Part shown: piece by piece, positions 28,085 to 36,419 of the stretch | Position numbering within the stretch: position 1 is the first letter of the stretch | Layout: the number at the start of each line of letters is the position of its first letter | From: Acidimicrobiales bacterium | GTDB lineage: Bacteria; Actinomycetota; Acidimicrobiia; Acidimicrobiales; Aldehydirespiratoraceae | DNA length: 64,000 nucleotides | Direction: 5' to 3' | Assembly (NCBI GenBank): GCA_049437325.1 | Contig: JBMTIM010000001.1 | Coordinates: forward strand, 16,738-80,737 | Notes under the pieces: generated by a model | Seen by the model: only the letters and a program-made list of their open reading frames with translations | Told to the model about the DNA's origin: nothing | Database searches by the model: none | Program-made: the position numbers and the translations under genes

Positions 28085-29413
28085 TCAGGGCGACCAGAAG
28101 GCAACGTCACCCTCGCTCACCCGTATCGCACTGTCACTGTCGAGTCTGCGGACCCAGATGCTGTCGCCGAGTTCGTCCTGAGCGGCGTAGACGATCGCAT
28201 TGCTACCCGGCGACCAGATGCGCGGCGACTCGGTGTACTGCCACGAGAAGAAGACGTAGTTCCGAAAGAACGTGAGCGTGGGCCGAAACGGTTCGAGTCG
28301 GGTCGTCGACTCACCGTCCCAGATCACCCAAACCGCACTGTCACGTGCAGCGCTGGGCTGCATCAGCGCGAGCTTCGTGCCGTCGGGTGACCATTCGGTC
28401 CAGATCGACAGTTCGTCGGAGATCGGGGTGCGCTCTGCGGTCTCGAGATCGATGATTTCGGTCGATGCAGTCACCGCTGCGGGTGCGAAACCGACCGTGA
28501 CATTCCCATCTCCCCCCGGACCGACCGCGTGGGCGAGCACGGCCCGCCGTCCATCCGGCGACACTGCGATGCCGATCGAACCATCGACCGGCCCGAGGTC
28601 GACAGACTCCAACGTGTCGACGTCGAGGCGAGTCAGTCGGCCGCCCGTCACTGCTTCTTCGACGAGCAAGACGTGCCGCGTCCCCGGGATCCAGGCAGGG
28701 GCGAGAAACGACTGACCAGGCTCACCGAGGGGTTCGACAGTCGTGAGGTCGGTCGGATCGCGCACCAACTCGAGCACTCGATCGCGGTGAATGACGAGGT
28801 CGTCTCCTCCACCTGGCTCCCAGGCCAGGTAGAAGCTCGCAGTGTCGAGGCTGTCGTCGCTCACCGGAACTCCATCCGGACCAAGGATGTCCAGGGAGGT
28901 TCCCAGCGGACCGGGCCCGAGGGCTGCGATGTACGCGCCGTCGGTACTCCAGGAGTAGAAGAAATAGGGCCGACGGGACGGTCGAATCGTGACCGCCTCA
29001 CCCTCCACCGCCACGGTGGTGACCGGCTCTGCGACGGCGGTGGCGATGATGTTCGCCCCGTCGCGCGACCACGTGGGCTGGGTCACGGCAACACCCGCCG
29101 TCGGGAAGCTCTCCACCGTGCGTCCCGACGGATCGGTGACGACCAGGTTGCGAAACCCACCAATCGCGAGAAGGCCACCCAGACCATCGCCGAGCGAAGG
29201 TGTCGCCTCGCTCGCCGGAACCGTCGTGGTGGACGCTGGTCCGTCGGCCGAGGGCGGCGCAGAGGTTGTCGGTGACGATGTCGCCTCGACCTCGGTGACC
29301 GTCGAGTCCGGACTCGAGAATCGGGCGTCGAGCTCCTCGGGACTCACCGACGTGCAGCCGCCCGCGAGGAGCGCACCGATGACGAGGGCCGCGCAGCGAG
29401 GGATGACGGGCAC
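28085..29413 (-). CDS. Lipoprotein with a TolB-like (PD40/WD40-like) beta-propeller
   Basis: Signal + lipobox VIGALLAGGCTS, then an S/T/P-rich linker. Repeated W-S-x-D-G motifs follow (WSRDGANI, WSTDGAYI, VSPDGRRA, WSPDGTKL). Confidence 0.75.
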   Translation of the reverse strand: MPVIPRCAALVIGALLAGGCTSVSPEELDARFSSPDSTVTEVEATSSPTTSAPPSADGPASTTTVPASEATPSLGDGLGGLLAIGGFRNLVVTDPSGRTVESFPTAGVAVTQPTWSRDGANIIATAVAEPVTTVAVEGEAVTIRPSRRPYFFYSWSTDGAYIAALGPGPLGTSLDILGPDGVPVSDDSLDTASFYLAWEPGGGDDLVIHRDRVLELVRDPTDLTTVEPLGEPGQSFLAPAWIPGTRHVLLVEEAVTGGRLTRLDVDTLESVDLGPVDGSIGIAVSPDGRRAVLAHAVGPGGDGNVTVGFAPAAVTASTEIIDLETAERTPISDELSIWTEWSPDGTKLALMQPSAARDSAVWVIWDGESTTRLEPFRPTLTFFRNYVFFSWQYTESPRIWSPGSNAIVYAAQDELGDSIWVRRLDSDSAIRVSEGDVAFWSP

Positions 29414-29482
29414 CTACGGACCGTACTCCGGCCGGACGGCTTGTCGCGACCGTCCAACCCGCCTGCTGGGGTCCATCCTCGA

Positions 29483-31933
29483 CTAGTCCGCGAGATGCGG
29501 CCGCCGATTCTGGGGGTCGTACCACGAACGGATCGAGGCCGAGACGGGCACCCGCCGGCCCCCGATGTTGGTTTCCCACTCGCCATCTTCGAGCCAGGCC
29601 GCCGTCACTGCTTCACCGCCGGGATGCTCGACGTATCCCATTGCACAGCAGCGGTCCTGCGTGACCGACCACATCGACGACGACGTCCGCCCGACGACGA
29701 CACCACTGCGGTACAGCGGCTCGTCGTGGTAGGTCAGAAGGTCGGGATCCTCGATCCGGAACTGGATCAGCCGTTTGCTTCGAGGCTGCTCGCGCTGGGC
29801 CAGGAGCGCCTCGCGGCCGACGAAGTCGCCCTTGTCCCAGTCGATGACGAAACCGAGCCCTGCCTCGAGCGGGGTGTCCTCGTCGGAGATGTCGTGACCC
29901 CAATGGCGCATGCCGGCTTCGAGACGCAGCGAATTCATGGCGTGGTACCCGGCCAAGACCAGCCCGTAGTCTCCACCTGCTGCTACCAGAGCGTCGAAGA
30001 CGGCGCCGGCACCGTCGTTGCCGACGTACAGTTCCCAGCCGAGCTCGCCGACGTAGCTCATTCGCAGTGCCAGACAGGTCTGCCCCGCGACCTCCATGCG
30101 CTTGCTCCAGCCAAATGGAAAGCTCTCGTTCGACAGATCGACATCGGTCAGCTCCGACAACAATGCGCGGCTGTTGGGACCCATCACCCCAAGCATCACG
30201 AAATCGTGTGTGACGTTGGTGATCGTGACGTCCTTGCCAGCTGCGGCCCGCCGTAGCCAGGTCCAGTCGCGGGTCTCGGCGGCTGCGGCCGTGACGACGA
30301 AGAAGCTGTCGTCACTCATTCGCGTGACTGTGAGATCGGCCTCGATCCCACCCCGCGCGTTGCACCACTGGGTGTAGATCGCCTTGTGCATCGGGGCGTC
30401 GATGTTGGCAACGGAGATCGTGTCGAGCACCTCGAGAGCATCAGGACCCTCGACCCGAAATTTCGCGAACGAGGTCTGATCGAACAGGCCGACCGCCTCC
30501 CGCACGCCGACGCACTCGCGGACCATGTTGTCGTGCCAGTTCTGCTTCCCGTACGAGTAGTCGTATGCGCGAGCCTGGCCCTCCTCGGCGAACCAATTCG
30601 GACGCTCCCAACCGGCGGTCTCGCCGAACACGGCGTTGGCGGCATCGAGCCGATCGTGCAGGGGCGACAGTCGCATCCCGCGAGCTGATTCGTACTGCCG
30701 GAACGGCCAGTGCATCGCATAGAGCAGACCGAGACTTTCCGAGATTCGGTCGGTGAGGTAGCCGACATCACCCTGGAACGGCTGGGCTCGGCGAATGTCG
30801 ACCGAGTTGAGATCCATCGGTGGGTGTCTGTCTGCGATCCAATCTGCGAGCGCCCATCCGACACCCCCGGCCGACTGAATACCGACGGAGTTGAAGCCGG
30901 CGGCGACGTAGCAGTTGTCGACCTCAGGGGCCTCCCCCATGTAGAACACGCCGTCGGGGGTGAAGGCTTCCGGGCCGTTGAAGAACAGCTGCAAACCGAC
31001 CTCACCGAGCACCGGCACGCGATGCATGGCGGCCTCGAAGATCGGTCCAACGTGCTCCCAGTCCTCGGGAAGACTGGCAAAGCTGAAGTCACGCGGGATC
31101 CTGTCGGTGCGCCAGATCTTGCCGCGCGGCTCGAAAAAGCCGGCCATGATCTTGCCGGTCTCTTCTTTGAAATAGGTGTAGTTGCCGGGATCGCGCAGCG
31201 TCGGGGTCCCGGGATCGAGTCCCTCGATCGGCTCGGTCACGATGTAGAAGTGCTCGCACGCCTGCAGGGGAACGTTCACGCCGATCTGCGCGGCAAGATG
31301 ACGGGTCCACATGCCGGTGGCGAGCACCACAATCTCGGCCTCGATCTCGCCCTGCTCGGTGACGACGCCCGTCACCTTGCCGTTGCTGGCAGAGAGCTGG
31401 GTGACGGCGACGTTCTCGATCACTGTCGCCCCGCGTGCCTTCGCACCCTTGGCGAGCGCCATGGTGGTGTCGACCGGCGAGGTCTGGCCATCCCTCGGGA
31501 TGTACAACGCGCCCACAAGATCGTCGGTGCGCATGTGTGGCCACTTTTCCGACGCTGCCTGGAGATCGAGAATCTGCGTCTCGACTCCAACCCCTTCGGC
31601 CATCGTTGCACCACGGAGGATCTCTTCCCACCGCTCGTCGTTGTCGGCCACACTCAACGAGCCCGGAGTTCGGTAGCCCGTCGCCTGTCCGGTTTCGTCT
31701 TCGAGCTCCTCGAACAGCCGGGCGGAGTAGGTCGCCAGCTTCGTGAGCGAGTGGGTGGCTTTGAGCTGACTGACCAGGCCGGCTGCGTGCCAGGTGGTGC
31801 CGGCCGTGAGCGTGTTCTGCTCGAGTACGACGACGTCGGTGATGTCGCGACGGGTGAGGTGATAGGCGATGCTGCAACCGACGATCCCACCACCGACGAC
31901 GACGACGTGCGCACGATCCGGAACGCGTGACAT
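29483..31933 (-). CDS. Second dimethylglycine/sarcosine dehydrogenase-family flavoprotein (FAD + GcvT domains)
   Basis: 816 aa with an FAD fold HVVVVGGGIVGCSIAYHL and a GcvT-type C-terminal domain (RMSYVGELGWELYVG). It is a paralog of 23295..25778. Confidence 0.88.
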   Translation of the reverse strand: MSRVPDRAHVVVVGGGIVGCSIAYHLTRRDITDVVVLEQNTLTAGTTWHAAGLVSQLKATHSLTKLATYSARLFEELEDETGQATGYRTPGSLSVADNDERWEEILRGATMAEGVGVETQILDLQAASEKWPHMRTDDLVGALYIPRDGQTSPVDTTMALAKGAKARGATVIENVAVTQLSASNGKVTGVVTEQGEIEAEIVVLATGMWTRHLAAQIGVNVPLQACEHFYIVTEPIEGLDPGTPTLRDPGNYTYFKEETGKIMAGFFEPRGKIWRTDRIPRDFSFASLPEDWEHVGPIFEAAMHRVPVLGEVGLQLFFNGPEAFTPDGVFYMGEAPEVDNCYVAAGFNSVGIQSAGGVGWALADWIADRHPPMDLNSVDIRRAQPFQGDVGYLTDRISESLGLLYAMHWPFRQYESARGMRLSPLHDRLDAANAVFGETAGWERPNWFAEEGQARAYDYSYGKQNWHDNMVRECVGVREAVGLFDQTSFAKFRVEGPDALEVLDTISVANIDAPMHKAIYTQWCNARGGIEADLTVTRMSDDSFFVVTAAAAETRDWTWLRRAAAGKDVTITNVTHDFVMLGVMGPNSRALLSELTDVDLSNESFPFGWSKRMEVAGQTCLALRMSYVGELGWELYVGNDGAGAVFDALVAAGGDYGLVLAGYHAMNSLRLEAGMRHWGHDISDEDTPLEAGLGFVIDWDKGDFVGREALLAQREQPRSKRLIQFRIEDPDLLTYHDEPLYRSGVVVGRTSSSMWSVTQDRCCAMGYVEHPGGEAVTAAWLEDGEWETNIGGRRVPVSASIRSWYDPQNRRPHLAD

Positions 31934-31966
31934 GCCCGGAGGGTAGTACCCCGGGGCGAAAGCCCC

Positions 31967-32815
31967 TCAGCCGTTCACCGCCGAGATGATCGTGGCGTAA
32001 CGATCGAGGATCGGCAGGATCGTGGCGGCGGGTGCCGGCGGCAGGCCGAAGATGAACCGCTTCACACCGCCGTCCTCGTGGACCTTTGCGGCATCGACAT
32101 CCGGCGGCGCCATGTAGAGCGACAGTTCGATCTCGGAGACCTCCCGATCATGCTTCTTGCACTCCTCGGCGAGGACCGCAAGGTCGTCGAGCATCGTGCC
32201 CCCGCGTCCGTGGATCGGCATCCAGCCGTTGCCGTAGCGAGCAGCTCGGCGCGGACCATGCGGAGACGAACCGCCGACGTGAATCGGTGGGTGCGGTTGC
32301 TGCACCGGCTTCGGCTTCGAGAAGATCGGCCCGAAATCAACGAAGTCACCGTGGTACTCGGCTGGATCATCGGCCCAGATCGCCTGCATCGCTTCGACCC
32401 GTTCCCGCATGAGCGTGAAGCGGGAGCGGAAGGCCGTTCCGTGGTTCTCCATCTCCTCGGCATTCCATCCACCACCGATGCCGAAGAGAAAACGACCCCC
32501 CGAGACATGATCGATCGATGCAACCTCCTTGGCAGTGACGATCGGGTCCCGCTCGACCACGAGGCAGATACCAGTCCCAACCTTGAGGTTCGTCGTCGCG
32601 GTGGCTGCCGCAGTCAATGCCACGAACGGATCCATCGTCTCGTAGTACATCTGCGGAAGCTCGGCACCGCCGGGCCATGGGCTGCGGCGATCGGCCGGGA
32701 TGTGCGTGTGCTCGGCGACCCAGTACGACTCGAAACCACGCTCCTCGAGGGCCACCGCCAACTCGGCCGGATGCATCGCATCCTCGGTCGGAAAGAGACA
32801 AACCCCGAAGTCCAC
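31967..32815 (-). CDS. LLM-class F420-dependent oxidoreductase (Mer-related fold)
   Basis: 282 aa: MDFGVCLFPT...GFESYWVAEHTHIP...GGRFLFGIGGGWNAEEME...HPPIHVGG, typical of the probable F420-dependent LLM subgroup. Confidence 0.8.
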   Translation of the reverse strand: MDFGVCLFPTEDAMHPAELAVALEERGFESYWVAEHTHIPADRRSPWPGGAELPQMYYETMDPFVALTAAATATTNLKVGTGICLVVERDPIVTAKEVASIDHVSGGRFLFGIGGGWNAEEMENHGTAFRSRFTLMRERVEAMQAIWADDPAEYHGDFVDFGPIFSKPKPVQQPHPPIHVGGSSPHGPRRAARYGNGWMPIHGRGGTMLDDLAVLAEECKKHDREVSEIELSLYMAPPDVDAAKVHEDGGVKRFIFGLPPAPAATILPILDRYATIISAVNG

Positions 32816-32846
32816 CTGGATCTCCTCTACATGAGGCCGCCCGCAC

Positions 32847-35800
32847 TCAGGCTGCGGGGGCGTTGGCTTCGTTCACCTTCTCACTCACGACTCGGCTGCT
32901 GCCACCCGACTTCATCGACACGCCATAGAGACAGTCAGCCGCCTCCATCGTGCGTTTCTGATGGCTGACGAGAAGCAGTTGCGCATCGGCACGGAACTCT
33001 TCGACCAACGAGAGAAAGCGGTGCAGGTTGACATCGTCGAGCGCAGCTTCGACCTCGTCCATCACATAGAACGGCGATGGTCGGCTCCGGAAGACGGCAA
33101 AGAGGAAGGCCAGCGCCGTGAGAGTGCGCTCACCGCCCGACAGCAACGAGAGCTTCTTGATGTTCTTGCCCGACGGCTTGGCCGAGATCTCGATGCCGGT
33201 ATTGAGCAGGTCGTCGGGCGACGTGAGTGAAAGAGCGCCTTCGCCGCCCGGGAACAGCGTCTCGAACAACTGGGTGAAGTTGACCGATACATCGGCGAAT
33301 GCCGAGGCGAACACGGTGACGATCTCTTCGTCGATGCTGGAAATCACCTTCGACAGTTCGCGCCGGGTGGAGCGGATGTCGTCGAGCTGCCCCTGCAGGA
33401 ATGTATGGCGGTCCTGCAGCGCTTGGTATTCCTCGAGTGCCAACGGGTTGACCGGGCCGATGATGTCGAGCTCGGCCTCGAGCATCTCGACACGACGACC
33501 GGCGCCGATCCCGTCGGGAAGGTCCGGGCATGGCGCGGACACTGCGATATCGGGAGCGAGGTCGTGATCGGTGCGAAGACGGTCCAAGGTCGCCTGCAGA
33601 CGGGTCCGCACCTCGGCCTCCTCCACCTCGGCCTTCGCCAGCGAGGCGCGCAACCCTTCGAGGTGATCCTGTGCCTCGCCACGGCGCCGACGCAGATCAT
33701 CGAGTCGTTGGGCGATCTCCTGTGCCGCCCGGGATTGCGCCTGGCGACGGTCACGAACGTCGGCAAGTCGAAGCTCGAGAACAGACGTGCGAACTTCGAC
33801 GGCCATCACGAGCGCAGCAAGCACCGCTGCACAACGGTCGAGACCCACCCGCTGCGCTTCCAACGCAGACCGCTGCGCAACATCTCGTTCCAACCGCTCG
33901 TCGAGTTCGGCAAGACGGGTGACCAACGTTGCCCGTCGCTCGTCAAGGCCTGCGGAGCGAACGTCGACGTCTGAGCGAAGGGCGCCGACCATCGCTGCGC
34001 GCTCCTCGATCTCGGCTCGCGCCTCGGCCAGGCGACGACCCGCTTCGAGCGATGCTTCCTCTGCCGCCTCGAGAGTCGGGAGCTGCATCTCGAGTTCACC
34101 GACGCGGTTGGTTTCGCGCTCGAGTCGCGATGCCAGTTCGTCGAATCGCGCCTGGAGTGCGTCGGCCTCTGTGGCAACTTCGCGTCGATCCGCATCCGTG
34201 CGCTGGAGGGCGTCTGCAGCTGCGGTAAGGCCAGCTTCGATCCCGTCGAGCTGGTCGGCCAGCTCAGCAGCTCGCATCGTGCGATCGGCCAGTTCCCGTC
34301 GCGCCGTCGCAGTGGCGTCGGCCGCCCCGACACATCGCCGCTGCGTCACCGCTGTCTGCTCCTCGGCCTCCACCAGTGCCGCACCGGTTGCACCGGCGCT
34401 TCCCCTTCCGATTCGCCACCCGGAAGGACCGAACCGGTCGCCACGGCGGGTGACGATGACGTCGGCGGGATTGCCCACACTCATGTCGAGTGCAGCCTCC
34501 CACCCCCCGTCGACGGCGATGGCGTCACCGATGAGCCGGTCGAGAAGGTGATCGAGTCCCTCGACGGAGCCGCTGACGTGGGACCGAACGAAGTGCTCAC
34601 CCGAAGGCGGCGCAGTTCGCTCTACAGCCCCCAGGGCGAGCACCGCACCGGCGACATCACCGTCGGCGAGGGCCGTCAGCGCGACCTGTGCCGTATCGGT
34701 ACTGTCGACGATCACGGCCCGCAGTGCCTCACCGGCCGCTGCTTCGAAGGCGGCTTCCCAACCTTCGTCGACGACGACGAGGTCGAGCAGCGTGCCGAGA
34801 ACCCCTTCCACCCCGGCGAGGTGGGCAGCACCACTGCGGGCTCGGGCCTCGTCGAGCGCAAGCGAGAGGGCCTCGGCTCGAGCCACCCATCGGTGATGCT
34901 CGGATTCGGCGTCGGCCTGCACAGCCACTGCACGGGCGACCTCGTCGTCGGCCGTGCTCTGCGCCGATGTTGCCGCTTCGAGCGCAGCCACGAGCGGTTC
35001 TTCCTCGTCGTGAAGAGCAGCAAGGTCGGCGCGCCGTTGTGCAGCTGACGCCTCGAGGTCCTGGCGCCGCTGATCGAGCTCGGTGAGCCGCACCTGGAGC
35101 CGCTCGGACTCGCTGGAGCCTCGTTCGATGGCGGAGCGCAGCACACCGAGTTCGCCGCGCATTTCGGCTGCTTGCCCGCTCGGAACCGGCACGCCATCGC
35201 CCCATTCGTCGCGAAACGCCGCCCGATCGGCAGCAAGTGTCGCCTCCTCATGCACGAGACGAACTCGATCGGGCTCGAGCTCCGCGAGTTCGGCAGTGAC
35301 CCGTTCGAGATCGTTTCGACAGCGTGCTGCCTCGGCCTCGAGGTTGGCGATCAGGGCCCGATCGGCGAATGCAGATCGTTCTCGTTCGACACCACGCTGC
35401 CGTTCGACAAGAACGGCGTTGAGCCCGCGCGCCCGTTCGCGCATCGACTCGAGCCGGGCGAGCGTGTCACCGAGATCATCACCGCCGTGATCAGCGAGCG
35501 ACCGTTCATCGGTCGATACCCCACGCTCGAGCGCTTCGAGCTCGGTGCGGGTCGCTCGTTCCTGCTCGACACGGGTACTCCGGAATTCGGCGTTGGCGTG
35601 GAGCTTGGCGCGCAGTTCGGCAATGTCACGGCCTGCGAGGTGGACGCGCAGCTCGGTGAGTTCTTGGATGAGATCACTGTGACGTCGGGCTGCTTCGGCC
35701 TGCTTTTCGAGCGGACGCAGTTGGCGACGAACCTCACGCATCAGATCCTTCACCCGTGTCAGGTCACCGTCGGTTGCCGCGAGCCGGCGCTCGGCCCGCT

Positions 35801-36323
35801 CTTTCCGTTTCCGAAATTTCAGGACACCGGCAGCCTCCTCGATGACGGCGCGGCGGTCTTCGGGTCGGGCGTTGAGCACTCCATCGATCTGCCCCTGACT
35901 GACGATCACGTGCTGCTGGCGACCGACCCCACCATCACTGAGAAGGTCGGTGATGTCGAGCAGCCGACACGGCACCCCATTGATCGCGTACTCGGAATCA
36001 CCGGTGCGAAAGAGGGTCCGAGTGATCTTCACCTCGTTGAACTCGAGGGGCAGCATGCGGCTGTGGTTGTCGATCGTGAGCGAGACCTCGGCCCGACCGA
36101 GCGCCGCCTTGCCTGTGCTGCCGGCGAAGATGACATCGTCCATCTTGCCAGATCGCACGGCACTCGGTGCCTGCGCTCCGAGCACCCACGCAATGGCGTC
36201 GACGACGTTGGACTTGCCACTACAGTTCGGCACCACCACGACAGTGACACCTGGTTCGAGGTCGATCGACGCCTGATCGGCGAACGACTTGAAGCCCTTC
36301 AGCGTGAGGTTCTTCAGATGCAT
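32847..36323 (-). CDS. smc: Chromosome partition protein SMC (with a non-canonical Walker A)
   Basis: 1158 aa with N-terminus MHLKNLTLKGFKSFAD, long coiled coils, a hinge, the signature motif LSLLSGGERTL and Walker B FYVMDEVEAALD. Walker A reads VPNCSGKSN instead of GPNGSGKSN. Confidence 0.93.
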   Translation of the reverse strand: MHLKNLTLKGFKSFADQASIDLEPGVTVVVVPNCSGKSNVVDAIAWVLGAQAPSAVRSGKMDDVIFAGSTGKAALGRAEVSLTIDNHSRMLPLEFNEVKITRTLFRTGDSEYAINGVPCRLLDITDLLSDGGVGRQQHVIVSQGQIDGVLNARPEDRRAVIEEAAGVLKFRKRKERAERRLAATDGDLTRVKDLMREVRRQLRPLEKQAEAARRHSDLIQELTELRVHLAGRDIAELRAKLHANAEFRSTRVEQERATRTELEALERGVSTDERSLADHGGDDLGDTLARLESMRERARGLNAVLVERQRGVERERSAFADRALIANLEAEAARCRNDLERVTAELAELEPDRVRLVHEEATLAADRAAFRDEWGDGVPVPSGQAAEMRGELGVLRSAIERGSSESERLQVRLTELDQRRQDLEASAAQRRADLAALHDEEEPLVAALEAATSAQSTADDEVARAVAVQADAESEHHRWVARAEALSLALDEARARSGAAHLAGVEGVLGTLLDLVVVDEGWEAAFEAAAGEALRAVIVDSTDTAQVALTALADGDVAGAVLALGAVERTAPPSGEHFVRSHVSGSVEGLDHLLDRLIGDAIAVDGGWEAALDMSVGNPADVIVTRRGDRFGPSGWRIGRGSAGATGAALVEAEEQTAVTQRRCVGAADATATARRELADRTMRAAELADQLDGIEAGLTAAADALQRTDADRREVATEADALQARFDELASRLERETNRVGELEMQLPTLEAAEEASLEAGRRLAEARAEIEERAAMVGALRSDVDVRSAGLDERRATLVTRLAELDERLERDVAQRSALEAQRVGLDRCAAVLAALVMAVEVRTSVLELRLADVRDRRQAQSRAAQEIAQRLDDLRRRRGEAQDHLEGLRASLAKAEVEEAEVRTRLQATLDRLRTDHDLAPDIAVSAPCPDLPDGIGAGRRVEMLEAELDIIGPVNPLALEEYQALQDRHTFLQGQLDDIRSTRRELSKVISSIDEEIVTVFASAFADVSVNFTQLFETLFPGGEGALSLTSPDDLLNTGIEISAKPSGKNIKKLSLLSGGERTLTALAFLFAVFRSRPSPFYVMDEVEAALDDVNLHRFLSLVEEFRADAQLLLVSHQKRTMEAADCLYGVSMKSGGSSRVVSEKVNEANAPAA

Positions 36324-36419
36324 CGCCTCGAACCTAACAACCCGAATTACATCCGTGTAGTCCCCGGCCTGTGGATTTCATGTGGAAACCGGCAACGCCC
36401 CTGCCGAGTCCCGCTCCAC

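Noticed and set aside
18046-32846. The metabolic block considered as a mobile genomic island
   Set aside because: There is no integrase, transposase, tRNA target, flanking direct repeat or visible change in codon style. It is kept only as a synteny observation.
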